This document shows, piece by piece, positions 52,640-64,000 of a stretch of DNA of 64,000 nt; position 1 is the first letter of the stretch, and each line of letters starts with the position of its first letter. Under the pieces are notes generated by a model. It was not told where the DNA came from and searched no databases. It saw nothing but the letters and a program-made list of their open reading frames with translations. The position numbers were made by a program, and so were the translations under genes. Source of the stretch: Adineta vaga (Eukaryota; Animalia; Rotifera). The stretch covers positions 3,472,001 to 3,536,000 of the forward strand of contig CP075495.1 of assembly GCA_021613535.1 (NCBI GenBank), read 5' to 3'.

Positions 52640-55545
52640 CTATTTTTGTGGAAGTAATTGACGAATAGATTCGATAGAATTCACTGTAGACATTAATTCA
52701 CTATCGACACTATATGGATTTTCATTGACTGATAAAAAAAGAGAAGATATACATTAAGAAATATTCAGCATATCAAGTAAAATAATCTCTCTCACCAGTA
52801 TTCACAGGATTATTATGTACTCGAACTGATTTGATTCTAAATAGGATTTGATTTTCTCAAATTCATTATACAAATGTTATCAAAAAAAGGAAAGGAACTT
52901 ACTTTGTTTTATTTCGTGATACAATCATTTCGATTTCACCATTCCAAGGATTAACAAATGGTTCGAAAATAGTTTGTAGTGTAATATAAAAATTATTCTT
53001 CGTACGAAAACGATAATTTCCACTTGTAATTATTTGACGATCACGACAAACTATAATAAAATCAAAAAAAGAAATCTTATATAAACATAAGATATCTTTT
53101 TATTACCACGATCCCATACATCTGCTAATTTATTCCGATCATCTTCATGAACAAAAGTATAGAAATTCATTCCTAATAAATCTTGTGATGTATAACCCAA
53201 AAGTGAATAACATCTAAACATATGAAGTACACATTCACAAAAATATATGGATAATTATCAATTATTTATAATGACTTAGTAGATAACCTTGCTTGAAAAT
53301 TTTGTTAATTAATCATAACGTAGTGAACTACGATGATGCACCAAATGAAAAGGTGTACATTCGTATGATAGGTGCGCACGAAAATGATGCGTACTACCCA
53401 TTTGTTAATTATCTAGCCGTGAAATGTTTTTTTTCCTCCGTATGAAACATCAGAAAGAAAAATTATAATGGTTACTTATAAACTGAATAAATAAACGAAC
53501 TAGTTGACAAAAATTCATTTTTTTACTGTCTCATTCTTTCGCTGTCGTGTCGATTCAATTTCAGAAAGGTTTTTGACTATGACACACCATCAATTTATTC
53601 AATGGAATTAAATTAAGTATAGCAAGTTCGGTTTTTTTTCTTACTTTTCTTCTTCTTCTTCTTCATCAAAAGCGAATGACGAGGAGTAAAAAACGAGTGA
53701 AAGTGATTCTTTTTCTTCTATACTTTTATATGTGTATATATTCTATCAATTTCGAATTGACACCTCGTTTACGAAAATTTGACAAAATCAAAGCTCTTCT
53801 AGCGAATCACGATGTTGAAAAAACGATGAAAGGTATGAAAATGATGTTGTATTCTCATATACATACAACATACGTGTTCTTAACCCTTTCGACGAGGCGT
53901 TACATAGCTTCTTTTTTTTTATTGTAAAGGGTAAAAGATTCAGACGGAACAATGAAAATCGTTTGATATATGTACGCGTATTTTTCTTTTACTTACGATA
54001 GAATGAATATATTTTTATAAAGAAAAAGAAAGAAAGAAAGACCATTCATGGGAAATATATATACATTTCAAAAGAGTTAAAAAACACTTGACATAGAATG
54101 AGTTAATTCTTTTTCAAATCTCAACAAGAAGAAAGTAAGAAAAAAAGCGCGAAATTATCAATTCATATTTCGATTTTGTTTACTTCTACTTTTACTAATA
54201 GTAATGGAAAAATTCTGTTTCACTACTTTTAAATCAAGGACAACTTACATTTGATCGAAATAAGTAAATTGTCCATCGGGATTTAATTTGCATGAAAACA
54301 TTCGATCTATTAAATGAACATTTTCTGAAGATTTCTCCACATACTTTCCAACATGTCCCATAGTTATAAGACATGAAACAGGTGCTGTTCCAATGGCATG
54401 AGAAACATCCGATGCTGTTAAGAGATTGATATTTGAATGTAGACGTTCTGATCGTGGTTTGCTTTCATTTGGATTGTCATTGGCTAAGGAGAAATGCTTG
54501 ATATATCCAACAAAATCTACTGTAGTATAACTATTAGTTGAATTTGTTGTTGTTGTTGTTGCTCTTCTATTTGATCGTTTGATTTTGGAATTAATTCGGC
54601 AGGAAAATGATCGTCGATTACCAATATCTAAACAAGTTTGTTTGTTTGTCATCAATCGAACAGCTAGGAAGAAAGAAAAGAATGATTGTTTCGTTATTAA
54701 ATCTACACATTTTTATTACATTTCGAATCATTTGATGAGTCATCATTGTTTGTTAATGCTGTTTTTTTCTCATGAAGTAATTGTTGTTTTATAATTTCAG
54801 CGTCATTTACACAAGTTATATCGAATATTGTTTGAGAACACAGCTCTATCTTTAAAACAGAAAACAAAGAAAATTGCAATAGAATAGAAAAAATTTCTCT
54901 GGTTTTTTCTCTCTACAAACTGGTTTATATCCAAGGATTAATTCAGTTGAAGATGACGCATAACAAATTCGACCTTTTTGACATTCGATAATAAGGAAAA
55001 TATAAGTACCAATTTGATCAATAGTCGCTAATGTTAATTGAAGTAATTCATCATCATTTAAATAGACTTGTTTACCAAAACCAGTTGATAAAACTTTCGA
55101 AGTTGTACCTGTGAAATTATCCAATAGAATCTTGTCTTTTATCGTTTTCGGGTTTTTACCTTTTAAGTATTTGATTGTTTCAACTGCAACTCGTAAAACA
55201 GTTAATTTATCGAGTCTCTTTGCTGCATCAATTGGTAATAATTGAGCTATTTCATCGATATAACGATTCATTTTCTCACGTCGACGACGTTCAATTTCAC
55301 TATGACTTATTCTATTTTAAATCCAATTAAAAAAAATCGATTAAGAAGAAACTAATTCTACCTTTGTTGTTTGTTCAGCTTAGAGTTCTTCGGTGATTCG
55401 GAAATATCTTCATCATCAGTCTCTTCTTCCGTAAGAATTTCACTTCGTGAATGTGCATCATTACTAAAAAAAATGGAAACGAAAACTAATTATAATCTTA
55501 TCTTATAATAAAATCTTACTCCTCCATCGTTTGCTCAGGGGGCAT
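52640..55545 (-). CDS. Class II bHLH-PAS transcription factor, CYCLE/BMAL1/ARNT-like
   Basis: SHSEIERRRREKMNRYIDE, LDKLTVLR, PAS-A RRSFSCRI, PAS-B GQFTYFDQ..LLGYTSQDLLG...VHEDD, PAC FVNPWNGEIEMIVSRN. Start codon tentative. Confidence 0.82.
53301..53411. mobile_element. 89-bp hairpin-rich insert flanked by 11-bp direct repeats in the bHLH-PAS intron
   Basis: TTTGTTAATTA at 53301-53311 and 53401-53411. Three adjacent inverted repeats inside. Confidence 0.45.
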
Positions 55546-57547
55546 AATAGGTATTCTTAATTGAATTGAAATATCAGCAATGAATCTATTTTATGGCACA
55601 CCGTTTGATATATAGGCGTGTCTTGTTAACTTTCTTCGATCAACAAATATTTTTGATTGGTAGCTGATGCAATGTATAGGAATAGTATTAAAATGACGAC
55701 AATGTTGTTTACATAATCGTTGCCGGTAAGTACCACAGGGCAAATATGAAAGAATAAAGTTCTAGTCAGGTTAATTCATTGAATTCATATAAAACCAATG
55801 GAAAAAAAGAATCGACACAATTAGCATTCAAATTAATTGTTCACTTGTATATATATATGTATGTTCAAATATTTTTATAGCTGTTGTGATATTTGAATCT
55901 TCAAAAGAACTACAGAATCAATCAATTTGTTCGTTGTAATATTAATGGAATAGTTGTTGTTGTGGTTGTTGTTGTTTGAAAAGATAGAAACGAGTAATAC
56001 TGCTTGTCTTGTATGGAGATGATTTAACAATCTGAAAAGGTCATTAAACAAGTTGATGAATTCATTTCTCACTTCAATTCATGTTCAACTGATTGATTTT
56101 GTTCAATCTGTTGATTACATTTTTTTGCTCTATCATGCTCTCTCTCTTTCTTTCTTTCTCTATGTATCTTCCTTCCTTCATATATTCTCATAGACAACAC
56201 TTTTATTGTAAATGGTTGGATATACGTAAGCAAAGGTAGCCATCTTGAGCTGTACACCAATACTCGTCGACGACAACAAAGTATATCGAGAGTTATTTGA
56301 AAAGTAATTTTCAAACTCAAGAATCAATTTAAAATTCACTAAAAAGACGTTGTAATATGTTTTCATTTTCGAAAAAATAATTTCATTCATCATGCTGACA
56401 CGCGACATCTGCTGTAATCGTTACTATACAGATAGTTAGTTTGTTCTGACATGAAGATGATAATCAGTTCTGTTTTACTTGTTTCCTTGCGAGATTGCCG
56501 GATATAGAATCTTAATAAGGATGGAAATCGACAGAAAGAAGAAGTATGACAGAAACAAATATAAGCGTTAATGAGTAAATGAAAGAAAGATTTCTCATCT
56601 ATATATAATAGGGTCAAAAATGAAACAGAAGAAGGCATAGTTTTTAGCAAACGATGCGATGATAATATTATGGAATAGCATTCATTTCGTTTCGATCAGA
56701 AGAAGAAATATCTTTCCATATTCTATATAAAATCAAAAATGACATGTCGAATTCTTTAGAAACATTCAATAGACTATACAATGTTTATGAATTGAATCTT
56801 AAATTAATGGAGTATATTTCTCTATGTACAAGAAAAACATTATTATTGATAAATAGATATGTATCCTGAAGGTCATGCCAAGAATAATAGAACACATACT
56901 GAGTCAAACTCTGTCATGTAGAATGATATGTCACTTTCATTTAGATACAGTTTTTGTTGAAATCCAACTGTTAAGTTTTGTGAATTTTTATATTGAATTG
57001 TAAAGATATTGTTGATATTTTATGTAAATAATTATGAATCAATTGATTTACTGATAGAAGAAAATGTTTAGTCGTCATCGTCGTTGAGAAGAAATAGTTT
57101 GGATTTATTGGAGAACAAAAGAATTACAATAGAGAAAAGAACAGTTATTCACCTACACTCAATTCTTTCTCTGATTACAAAACTGTTCTGAATAACAAAA
57201 ATTCATAGATTGCAAGTGTAATTTGTTGTTCTCATGTAGCAAGGTTGAAACATAGCTTTGTCACTAAAACAGTTGTCAAACACTTAGCGATGAGTATAGT
57301 ATCAAGATAAAAAAATCTACATGACTACGCAAAAAAAGCGTTCACGTTGTGCTATTTAATGACGTATATTATCACAATATCAGATCAAGTTTGTTGTAGT
57401 AACCAGTCAAATATCGTCATATCAATGCTCTATATTTATGCTTTAAGTTTTTTTCAGGTGTGTATTCATTTTTAGGTTTGAAAAGGACTAATTGGACATA
57501 ACGTTACACTGCTACTTTTATCGAAAAAACACGAAGCAATTCAATCA

Positions 57548-58018
57548 ATGGCACAAATTGCTCCTCAACCAACTCCTTATGTGATTATTCAACAACCAAT
57601 TCATTCTAATCCATTTAACACATTAACAAATGAATGGCATACGGATCTATGTAGTTGTTGTGATGATACAAAACAGTGTAAGAACTATGTTTATAGTTTA
57701 AATAGTCGATAGATCTATCTTATCGTAGGCTGTTATGCATATTGGTGTTGGTGCTGCTTTCTTGGTTCACTTGCTGAATCAATTGATGAATCTAAATGGT
57801 CATGTTTCTGTGTTCCAAGTGCATTAGCTATGTATCGCATGAAAGTTCGATCGATGTTACATATTAAAGTAGGTCAAATCGATATTTTAGTAGAACAATA
57901 TACATAATGGATTTTTCTTTAGGGTGATACATGTAGCGATTATTGTACTACATCATGTTGTGGTTTCTGTGCCGGTCTTCAAATGCGTAATGAATTGAAA
58001 TATCATGGAATTTCTTAA
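57548..58018 (+). CDS. PLAC8/cornifelin-family Cys-rich protein (3 exons; missed by the ORF track)
   Basis: MAQIAPQPTPYVIIQQP...EWHTDLCSCCDDTKQ|CCYAYWCWCC...YRMKVRSMLHIK|GDTCSDYCTTSCCGFCAGLQMRNELK. Confidence 0.88.
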
Positions 58019-58698
58019 CAGTGCACTTTTATATTCTTCGATAAAACTTGAAAGAAATAAACGATAGAATTCATTTATACTTGTCTATATATTTTAAATT
58101 CTGATGTCAATAATGTCAGACTATATATATTATCATATAATTTTCAAAAATCTTTTCACACAATATTTCATCATTGACTTCACATATCTGTCTTCTACAT
58201 AGATAGCATATACATTACTCATATTACACATCGATTTTTATTTTGCACTTGAATAATAGATTAGCTATTATATCTGGAATGTCATAAATATCTCTTTATC
58301 AAATATTTATTCAACAGTGCCTTATCACTATTGATATGATGTACACGAACTAAATAGATTTCATCGAAATATTTGAAGATCTATAATCCGAATTCACTGA
58401 ATTTAAAATCGTTTTAATTATATAAGATGATTTCATAGAATTCACGCTTGACACTGCCATCTATCCAAAATAACTAATTTGTCTGTTATTGATAGAAAAT
58501 CATTTATATAATTTATGAAAGACGGATTAATTGAAAAATTTGTGTAATTCTTTCGAATTGATTTCCTTCAACTATGGAATAATTCCAAACTTCACCATGA
58601 TATTTCGTTCCCACATTTTTGAAAATTTTTACGAATCAACAACAACAATAATCACACTCTATTCCTTATTATCCTTTCATTTTACCTTAGGAGTAATC

Positions 58699-61374
58699 AT
58701 GAGCAATCAAGAACAAGAAGTATCGGAAGTAAATAATGCTTCTGAACATCAAACTAATGATGAAAATCATACTAAAATTGAAAATGAAAAATGTTCAACA
58801 ACAGACACTAAAGTATCAATTGATTCAAATGAACAAGAACCAACACGTCGAATGAAAATGCCACAAGATATTCGTTATGCTACTGAACAAGGTGATCGTG
58901 ATAAATTATCAGATAAATACGAACATTATCAAGTATCTGATATCAATGCTTGTAATATTCGATTTGTCATTGATCATCGACAAAAGAAGAATTTATTTGG
59001 ACGACATGAAGGTAGGATAAAAATCAAAGAATACATAAGTTCTTGATTTAATTGACTTTTCTAGAAGAAGATTCAACTTTACATTCCATGAGTAAAACAT
59101 TCAATTTAAACATATTGGTGAGGATTTCTAATCGATTTTAAACTTTTATTCATTTGTTTCTCTTGTTAGACAGCATATCAAAATCCTCCAAAACATTCAT
59201 TTAAAATATTTGGTACTGAAGCAAACGTACGAAAATGTGTTTTGGAAATCCTGAATCGTATATTTAAACAATCTACACGATCGCCAACCAATAATGAAAC
59301 AGAAAATCATCAACAACCAACAACAAGCGATAAAACAGAAAAATTGGACGAAACTGAAGTTTCTAATGGTAAATTTTCCTTATAAATTCTTATTCAATAA
59401 CAACATTCTACTGTTTAGATTCTCAGAAATCACCACCACATCCAACATCGATATTTGTTACGACAATTAATCCGGATTCATCTGTTACCGAAGAAAAAAA
59501 ATCAATTACACCATCAACAACAAATTCTAATCAAGATAAAAATGATTCGAAAGAAGAAAATAACGAACATGAACAATATAAATTCATTCCATTGGAACGA
59601 AAACCTGAATATACATTTAACATACTTATAACAGGTCAAGGACAAGAAGTATTGAAAAGTAGGGAAGATTTATTTGATTGATTTCGTTTTGTTGAATTTT
59701 CTTTTTCAGAAAATTGGAGTTTTTTTGCTGGATCATTACAACAACGTCTCAATGTTACTGTGATGAATGTAAGTGAAATTAGAAAATGAAATATTCAATT
59801 GAAAATATTCTTTTTTTCTAGCCTTTTAAACTACCTAAATTTGGCGATAATCAATGGCAAAATGAACTTTCTATTACTGGTGATTCATTTGAAAATATAA
59901 CCGATGCTGCATTACAACTCACTGCTTTTATCAATGATGTTCTAGGTGTACCTAATCAACCATATAAAAGTAAAAATAATCATTTTATTCTTCTGTTCTA
60001 ATAACGAATATTAAAAAAAATGTTTCTTTTTCTTATTTAGGCGATGAGGAATATTTAAATAATGATTCAAATAATCATCAACGTTCAAAAACTGATTATC
60101 ATTCTCAACGTCGTCATGAATATAATAATAATAATAATACTAGTAATAATAATAACAACAATTATCGTCAATCACCGTCTCAACAATATCAAGGACAATC
60201 TACGTCATTTAATAATAATCATCATGAACGAACATTTTTCAATCGTGGACGAAATAATGGTATATATGAACAAATTATTCTTATTCGTAGTAATTGTGTA
60301 GCACGAATTGTTGGTATGTTCGAAAGACGTGTTCGTTTTTTTTTCAGTTAAAATTGATCTTTTAAAGGTACACGTGGCTCGAATCTACGACGTATTCAAG
60401 CTAAATGTCATTTACGTGATATTATTGTTGCACGTCATCCAAATGAAAATGGTTATGTTGATTGTACATTATCTGCATTTCAAACACGAAATCTCAATTT
60501 TGCTATTGATACTATCCGTAGTTCTTTACGAAATGAAGATGAACAAGCTATTCAAATTCTCGAAGCTCATTATGTTGATCTTCCATTACAATCATCTCCA
60601 TATCAAAATTCACCTCAATATGATCAACCACAACTTTCAGCACCAAATCAAAATTTCGAAAATTTTCATCAGCAAACATTTATAAATAATCGTTCTCAAC
60701 AAAAACCACCTATGTCGTTTACAGGACCGTCTGAATTGCATCATACAAATCGAGAACCAGGTAGAAAGAAATTTGTTCTGTTTCTTAAATTTTCTCTCTC
60801 AATAGGTTTTATGACACGACCGTTACATTTTGGTGATGGCACTCAATTACCTCAACCATCATACAATTTTCGTAATACACCTTCATTCGATTTTACTCAT
60901 CAACCAACATCAGCTGCACGTAAAACGGATAAACGACCAGGTGAAGTCAATGATTTCAACAATACAACTGCAGGTGAAACACGAACATCAACTGATTGTC
61001 AAACTCAACATAATGGTGGTTCATCGTCATCAAATTCTTCATCTGTTTCACCGCGACATAAATCCAAACGAACATGTCCAGAAACAAAAGAAATCGATTG
61101 TACAACTGATGATGGCTTTTGGATACAAAAACAATTTTATCATGCATTAGATGATACATCCAAAGAATTATTCGATACTTTACTTGATAAATTAGAAAAA
61201 ATTCGTATTGCTAATGAAGAAAATGCTGCAAGAAAACAACAACGTCTTGTTGGACGAAATCGTACTAATAAATCACGAGCTTATATGAACTCAACAACGG
61301 CACATACAAATGGTGAAAGAGATCTTATCAAACAAGATAGTAAAGTAAATACAATACTGAATGAAATTGAATAA
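58699..61374 (+). CDS. Multi-KH-domain RNA-binding protein of unknown orthology
   Basis: Clear KH motif CVARIV|GTRGSNLRRIQ plus two degenerate KH-like segments. Asn/Gln-rich linkers. Canonical short introns. Confidence 0.65.
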
Positions 61375-62133
61375 AATCATAAGAATTCTCTTCATGTTTT
61401 GTTTAGATTGAAGAATTACCGACGAATGATGAATCAAAAGAAGAGAAGGAATCAACACAAGTATCAAGTACAAATAATGATGAACAAAATTAAATCATTT
61501 TGAAAAAACAACGTCAGATATAAACTGAATGGATTTTCTTTATTAATCCTTTTTCTTCTCTCTGTATGTGATTCCCAGTGATATACTTTATTTTTCGTAT
61601 TATTATTCTAGTCTGTTAACATCTAAATAGATCTAATCCAGAACGATGACGGTTAACTCAGATTTCGAAAGAATTTTTTTCTTATTATCAGTGTCTTTTT
61701 CTCTCTATTTTCATCTATCTTCTTTGAAGTCAAGAATAAAACTGTCTCGATAGATTTTTCTTCATCTTATGATTAGAAACATTTTTATCTATCTATAGTT
61801 TGAAATTAAGTACAACTTTGCAGTTACATTATGTTCATTTTTCTCTCTCTCTCATCAGTTATATGTTTGAATACTTATTTTTTGGATAAAAGAAGTGATG
61901 ATCAAAATAGAAAATCATACTGCAAACGTATAAAACAACTCACAATGATCTAAATAAAGTTGTGTAAGATTCAGAATGACTTGTGCAAAGAAGTTTAACA
62001 TACACTGGGAATTTTGTTTTTCTTACATGACAATGCCAAAAAAGGTGTGGGTATTTTTTGTTCTTATTCTATTGGATATAATTATTCTAGATATTTCCTG
62101 TGGTATATATATATAGTTCAGTCGAATTTCAGT

Positions 62134-64000
62134 ATGACAGATAATCGATGTAAGTAAATCTTGTACATCATGAAATGATAATTAAATAAAATATCTTAGT
62201 TTCATCACGAATTTTTACAAATTCAAATTCATCATATAACAATATGAATAACAATAATAATCGTTTAGAACAGAATTATTCTCAAGCATATATTCCATCT
62301 ACAAATGAAGATTGGGATAATGATATTGATGAAACGAATACAAAACAAAGGTTATAGATTATTTTGTTCCATGTTTTTCTCTTCATGTTTATGTTTGTTT
62401 TTCTCCTGTTGGATTTTAGTTCACAAGGATTTAATCGAAGAGAAAATGATTCAATTCGATCTTTTCAAGAACAATCACGTTCATTTAATAATTTTAATTC
62501 TAATAATGAAAATTATTCTGACAAAAGCATTTCACGTGATTATGTTATTAATAGTACTGATGTACCTCGATTGATTGGAAAAGGTGGTGGAACAATTAAA
62601 CAACTTCAAAGAGATAATAATGTACAAATCAAAGTTTCAAATGATCGACAAAGTCAATGGGTTGATTTAATGATAAATGGAGGCAATGAACAAGTAATTA
62701 ATAATACTTTTGATCAAATCAAGAATCTCATAGGTTCGATAAGAGATAAAAACGAATCATTTCAAACAAAATCATCGTTTAAATCAGGTATTTGGCAAAA
62801 TATTCTCGATCATTTTAATAGGCAGAAATTCTATAATAGATTTTGATACATCTTCTGAAAATTCGAATGGATGTTTTTCATCAACAACTCGAATGGGTAA
62901 TAACAATACTTTCAATTCGTGTGGTCGAGGTTTTGCAGGTCTGTTCTATTCGACTTTCTCTCTTGTAAAAAACAATACATTCTTTCTTAGGTTCTTCGAA
63001 TAATCGAAATATGCATGAAAATCTTCCATCTCGTTCAAATTTTAGTAAAGCATCTAATCGTCGTTGTACTCCAGCTGGTAATGAAGATGACGATAATTAC
63101 AATGCATTTTTTGGTTCTGATGAAGAAACCATAGATAATCAAAAACCTACATTAACATCTGCTTTTCCATCCACTTCATCTTGGAATACAAATAATTTCG
63201 ATTCAAATAAACGTGTCGATTGGGCAAAGATGCGTCGAATGGATACAGCAAATGATATGACAAAATGGAAAGATTTTCCATCGGTAATTAAAATTTTCTA
63301 CAATGAATTACCTGATATCGCACAAATGTCATCGGAAGATGTTCAAGCATTACGTGCAGAGAAGAATAATATTGTTGTATCATGGTTTGATTCATCGGCG
63401 AAAGACGAATATGAAGAAAAGAATAATTGCAGATTATCAATACCTAATCCAATCTATGAATTTGCACATGCTTTTCATAATTATCCAGAAATTATGAATG
63501 AAATTGCTAAACAAGGCTTTATGGAACCATCACCAATACAATGTCAAGCTTGGCCAGTAGCTTTGCAAGGACACGACTTTATTGGCATTGCACAAGTAAT
63601 AACTTGTGAGAAAACAAATCATCTTCTTATCGTATATTTCTAGACTGGTACAGGAAAAACATTAGCTTTTCTTTTACCTGCATTGATTCATATCGATAAT
63701 CAACCAACGTAAGTAATAACATGATCCGAAGAGAAATAAATTTACGAATCTATTTTATTTTTATGCAGACCCAAGATAGCATTTCACGGTCCAAAAGCAC
63801 TAATTCTTTCACCAACACGTGAATTAGCAATTCAAATTCATCAAGAAGTACAAAAGTATAGTTATCGTGGTATTCGTAGGTAAGTTTGTTTGTTTATTAC
63901 AATGGAAAAATCTCATTTGATTTCTTATCTAGTGCTGTAATTTATGGTGGTAGCAGTCGAAAGAATCAAATATATCAATGTGAAACAGGTAATAAATTTC
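62134..64000 (+). CDS. DDX43: KH + DEAD-box RNA helicase, DDX43/DDX53-like (3' end beyond the window)
   Basis: KH RLIGKGGGTIKQLQ, Q motif GFMEPSPIQCQAWP, AQ|TGTGKTLAFLLP, PTRELA. Confidence 0.85.

Overview
AT-rich, gene-dense eukaryotic (animal) genomic DNA with many short (~45-70 nt) GT-AG introns. Composition, intron size and codon style suggest a bdelloid rotifer, but that is inference. About 20 spliced protein-coding genes can be reconstructed: class II CPD photolyase, EXOSC8/RRP43-like, ALG1, MAK/ICK kinase, AGBL5/CCP5, MAF1, a DHRS7-like SDR, methylmalonyl-CoA mutase, a single-pass membrane protein, VPS26, NDUFS6, a Di-Ras-like GTPase, an intronless frameshifted multi-pass membrane protein, an MRP1/ABCC1-like transporter, UBE2K, an N4BP2/NONU-1-like Smr nuclease, a CYCLE/BMAL/ARNT-like bHLH-PAS factor, a PLAC8 protein, a multi-KH protein and a DDX43-like helicase cut by the window end. 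The best-supported unusual structure is a pair of 311-nt duplicated, mutually exclusive exons that swap part of TMD2 in the ABCC transporter. Other leads are two horizontal-transfer candidates, an operon-like NDUFS6-VPS26 pair, loss of Zn ligands in NDUFS6, PAM2 and other short motifs on the Smr nuclease, and several structured or TE-like intronic inserts. No rRNA, tRNA or CRISPR was recognised. All exon structures were read by eye and gene coordinates span introns.
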